From Podarcis vaucheri (Eukaryota): a stretch of 64,000 nt of DNA. Made by a program: the position numbers and the translations under genes. Below, in pieces: positions 62,022-64,000 of this stretch. The stretch lies in assembly GCA_965113315.1 (NCBI GenBank), contig OZ220374.1. One strand, written 5' to 3'. Below the pieces are notes generated by a model. It was not told the origin of the DNA. It saw nothing but the letters and a program-made list of their open reading frames with translations, and ran no database searches. The stretch's first letter is position 1; the number at the start of each line of letters is the position of its first letter.

Positions 62022-63053
62022 GTAAGTGCATTTGACATTCATTAAGGCATTCTCTGTTTAATTAGCACCTTCTGCCCTTAGCTATTAAATGATAGAGGAG
62101 TTATTTACTGCAATAAAAAAAATCAAGAAAATTCCAAGTGACTTGGCTTCCTGAGAACAAAGAAGTTGAGGGGAGGTGGGGTGGAGAAAAGGAGAGCTAG
62201 AAATCTGCTCTGCTTTTCTGGTGTTACCTACTTTCTTGGCATTACTTGATGGCTCTCACGGCCACCAGGTGGTGAGAACTTCTGTCATCAGTTGAAGTGC
62301 CCCAAAATATGCCATGCCCTCAGCAGCCACAATACCGCTCAGTGAGCTCCCTTTCTAATCATTGCGGACACACGTTCGTTGCACTACAGGTCTTACCTAA
62401 TTTGTTTAAGACACTTACTCCTGTCCTGAGAAATTGGGAGCTCCAAGGCTGCTGATGGGCAAAATTTTAAAATCATAATAAATGGCCAACGGCTTAAATG
62501 GAAATGAATAAAATTAAGAAAACACGAAACAGCAAAAGGGGAATGACACAATAAACTGAATCATGATGAAAAGAAAAATGCCCGTTCTTTATGCCAAATA
62601 GATAAATGGAACAGAATAATTGTTGCCAGATGTCTGAACACCCAGCCTAAATGTTGGATTTGAAAGTTGTTGCGTGCTAGGAATCAGGAATCCACAGTTT
62701 CTGTCTCGTGTCATCCATGCCTTTTCAGCTCTCCTGTGTGTTCTTCCCCACCTGCCCAGTTCTCCCAAAGTCTGCATGTGCATCTCTACTATGTCACTCT
62801 GCTTGCCCCTTATGCGTCAACCACTCGAGCTGTTCCAACTCCCATTGAGACAAACGTGCTTTCCCGAGTTCTTAAACGGCAGCTCTTGTTGGTAAAATGA
62901 AAATTCTAAACACGGCTTCCTTCCCAAATCTTGGAGCGTGATTGAGACACACTTTTGTAGCTGCACCATTCCCCTTGATCGGTCTTACCTTTGCTGCCCC
63001 AAATAAATGTCGCTGTTGTGGTATAGCTCTGTCCTGTGCTTTTGATCACGCAG

Positions 63054-63338
63054 GAGTTGCGAAAACCTAGTTACGCAGAGATCTGTCAGAGGACAACCAA
63101 GGACCCGTCACCCGTGCAGCCCCCAAAAGAACAGAAGCCAAACACTGTCACCTGTGGGAAAGATGAAAGGAAACCCACAGAAACACTAGAGAGAAGCAAA
63201 GAACCCCCTCCTGTGAAGTCCAATCCAGGACAGCCCAAAGACCAGAGGAGACAGCCGTCAGGGCGCAAGTCCCCACCTCCAGCCGTTGGGAAACGTCTGA
63301 CGAAAGAACAGAGCACCCCTCCCAAATCTCCTCAGTGA
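63054..63338 (+). CDS. LARP4B: LARP4B terminal coding exon (ELRKPSYAEICQR...EQSTPPKSPQ*)
   Basis: gcag|GAG, stop TGA 63336-63338. C-terminus matches recalled human ...EQSTPPKSPQ. Total canonical CDS 2,181 nt = 726 aa. Confidence 0.96.
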   Translation, partial: ELRKPSYAEICQRTTKDPSPVQPPKEQKPNTVTCGKDERKPTETLERSKEPPPVKSNPGQPKDQRRQPSGRKSPPPAVGKRLTKEQSTPPKSPQ

Positions 63339-64000
63339 AACTAGTGCTTAGGAGGAGGTTTTAAAAGTTCTCACCATGAAGTAAACCCATGTTGCCACTC
63401 AGAGTACAAAGAATGAGTTGCTGGTTAGGAGCTTGCAGTGCGTATTATGTATATGAAATGCCTGCAAGGTAATTATTTTTTTGTTTCTTTGTAAATCAGA
63501 TTGTTCCTCCAATTCTCTTGCTCTCCGCCCCACCCCCCACCAAATTCCCCTTGAGCAAATGGTCTACTCTGTCAGGGTTTAATTAATCTAAACCTTACAT
63601 TTAGGTTGGTGCTGAACTGGAGGTGATGCCTAAAATCCTTTTCTTTTCCCTAAAGGGAAGACGTATTCATCCGGGGGTGGGGGGGAGATCAATTTTTTTT
63701 ATTAAGCCTCCATGTGGCTGTGTGAATACAAGCTCTATCTAATGAGTTATTTTCCTAATCTATTAAGCAGAATAATGCTGCTGTAGTTTTTAAATAACTG
63801 GTCTGTAAGTACATATCTTTAAAAAAAAAAAAAAACTCCAGAAGACTAGTAACAGCAGCAAATATTTTGAGTGCAAAGAAAAGCAGGTGTTTTATAAGCA
63901 GTAAGACAAGTTTGATGTTCGGTTGTTTTTTTCTTTTTTAAAATTTTGGCTGCTGTAGCACATCAAATAAATTAGATTTTTAAGGTTTCGAAATACATAC
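63339..64000 (+). other. LARP4B: LARP4B 3' UTR (probably continues beyond the window)
   Basis: AU-rich sequence after the stop with no recognisable transposon; A15 at 63821-63835; AATAAA at 63966-63971. Confidence 0.75.

Overview
Vertebrate genomic DNA. Sauria-type SINEs, BovB, L2/CR1 fragments, Penelope and Tc1/mariner/hAT MITEs point to a squamate, probably a lacertid lizard. The window holds one + strand gene, LARP4B (La-related protein 4B). A CpG-island promoter and non-coding exon 1 lie at ~9.3-10.9 kb, followed by a ~25 kb first intron and 16 canonical coding exons (35316-63338) that join in frame to 726 aa (PAM2w, La motif, RRM, C-terminal region); one intron is GC-AG. The main observation is an intact 3,075-nt ORF (ATG 37987 to donor 41061) in the intron after the canonical start exon. 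It splices in phase 0 onto the PAM2w exon and would replace the 27-aa N-terminus with 1,025 aa, giving a ~1,724-aa isoform. It begins MGCCFSKELNSKNEKMSLL: a myristoylation consensus, two palmitoylatable Cys and an acidic dileucine motif, the same layout as the LAMTOR1/p18 lysosomal anchor. The inference is a membrane/endolysosome-tethered PABP- and mRNA-binding LARP4B isoform. Comparisons with human proteins are from memory; no searches were run.
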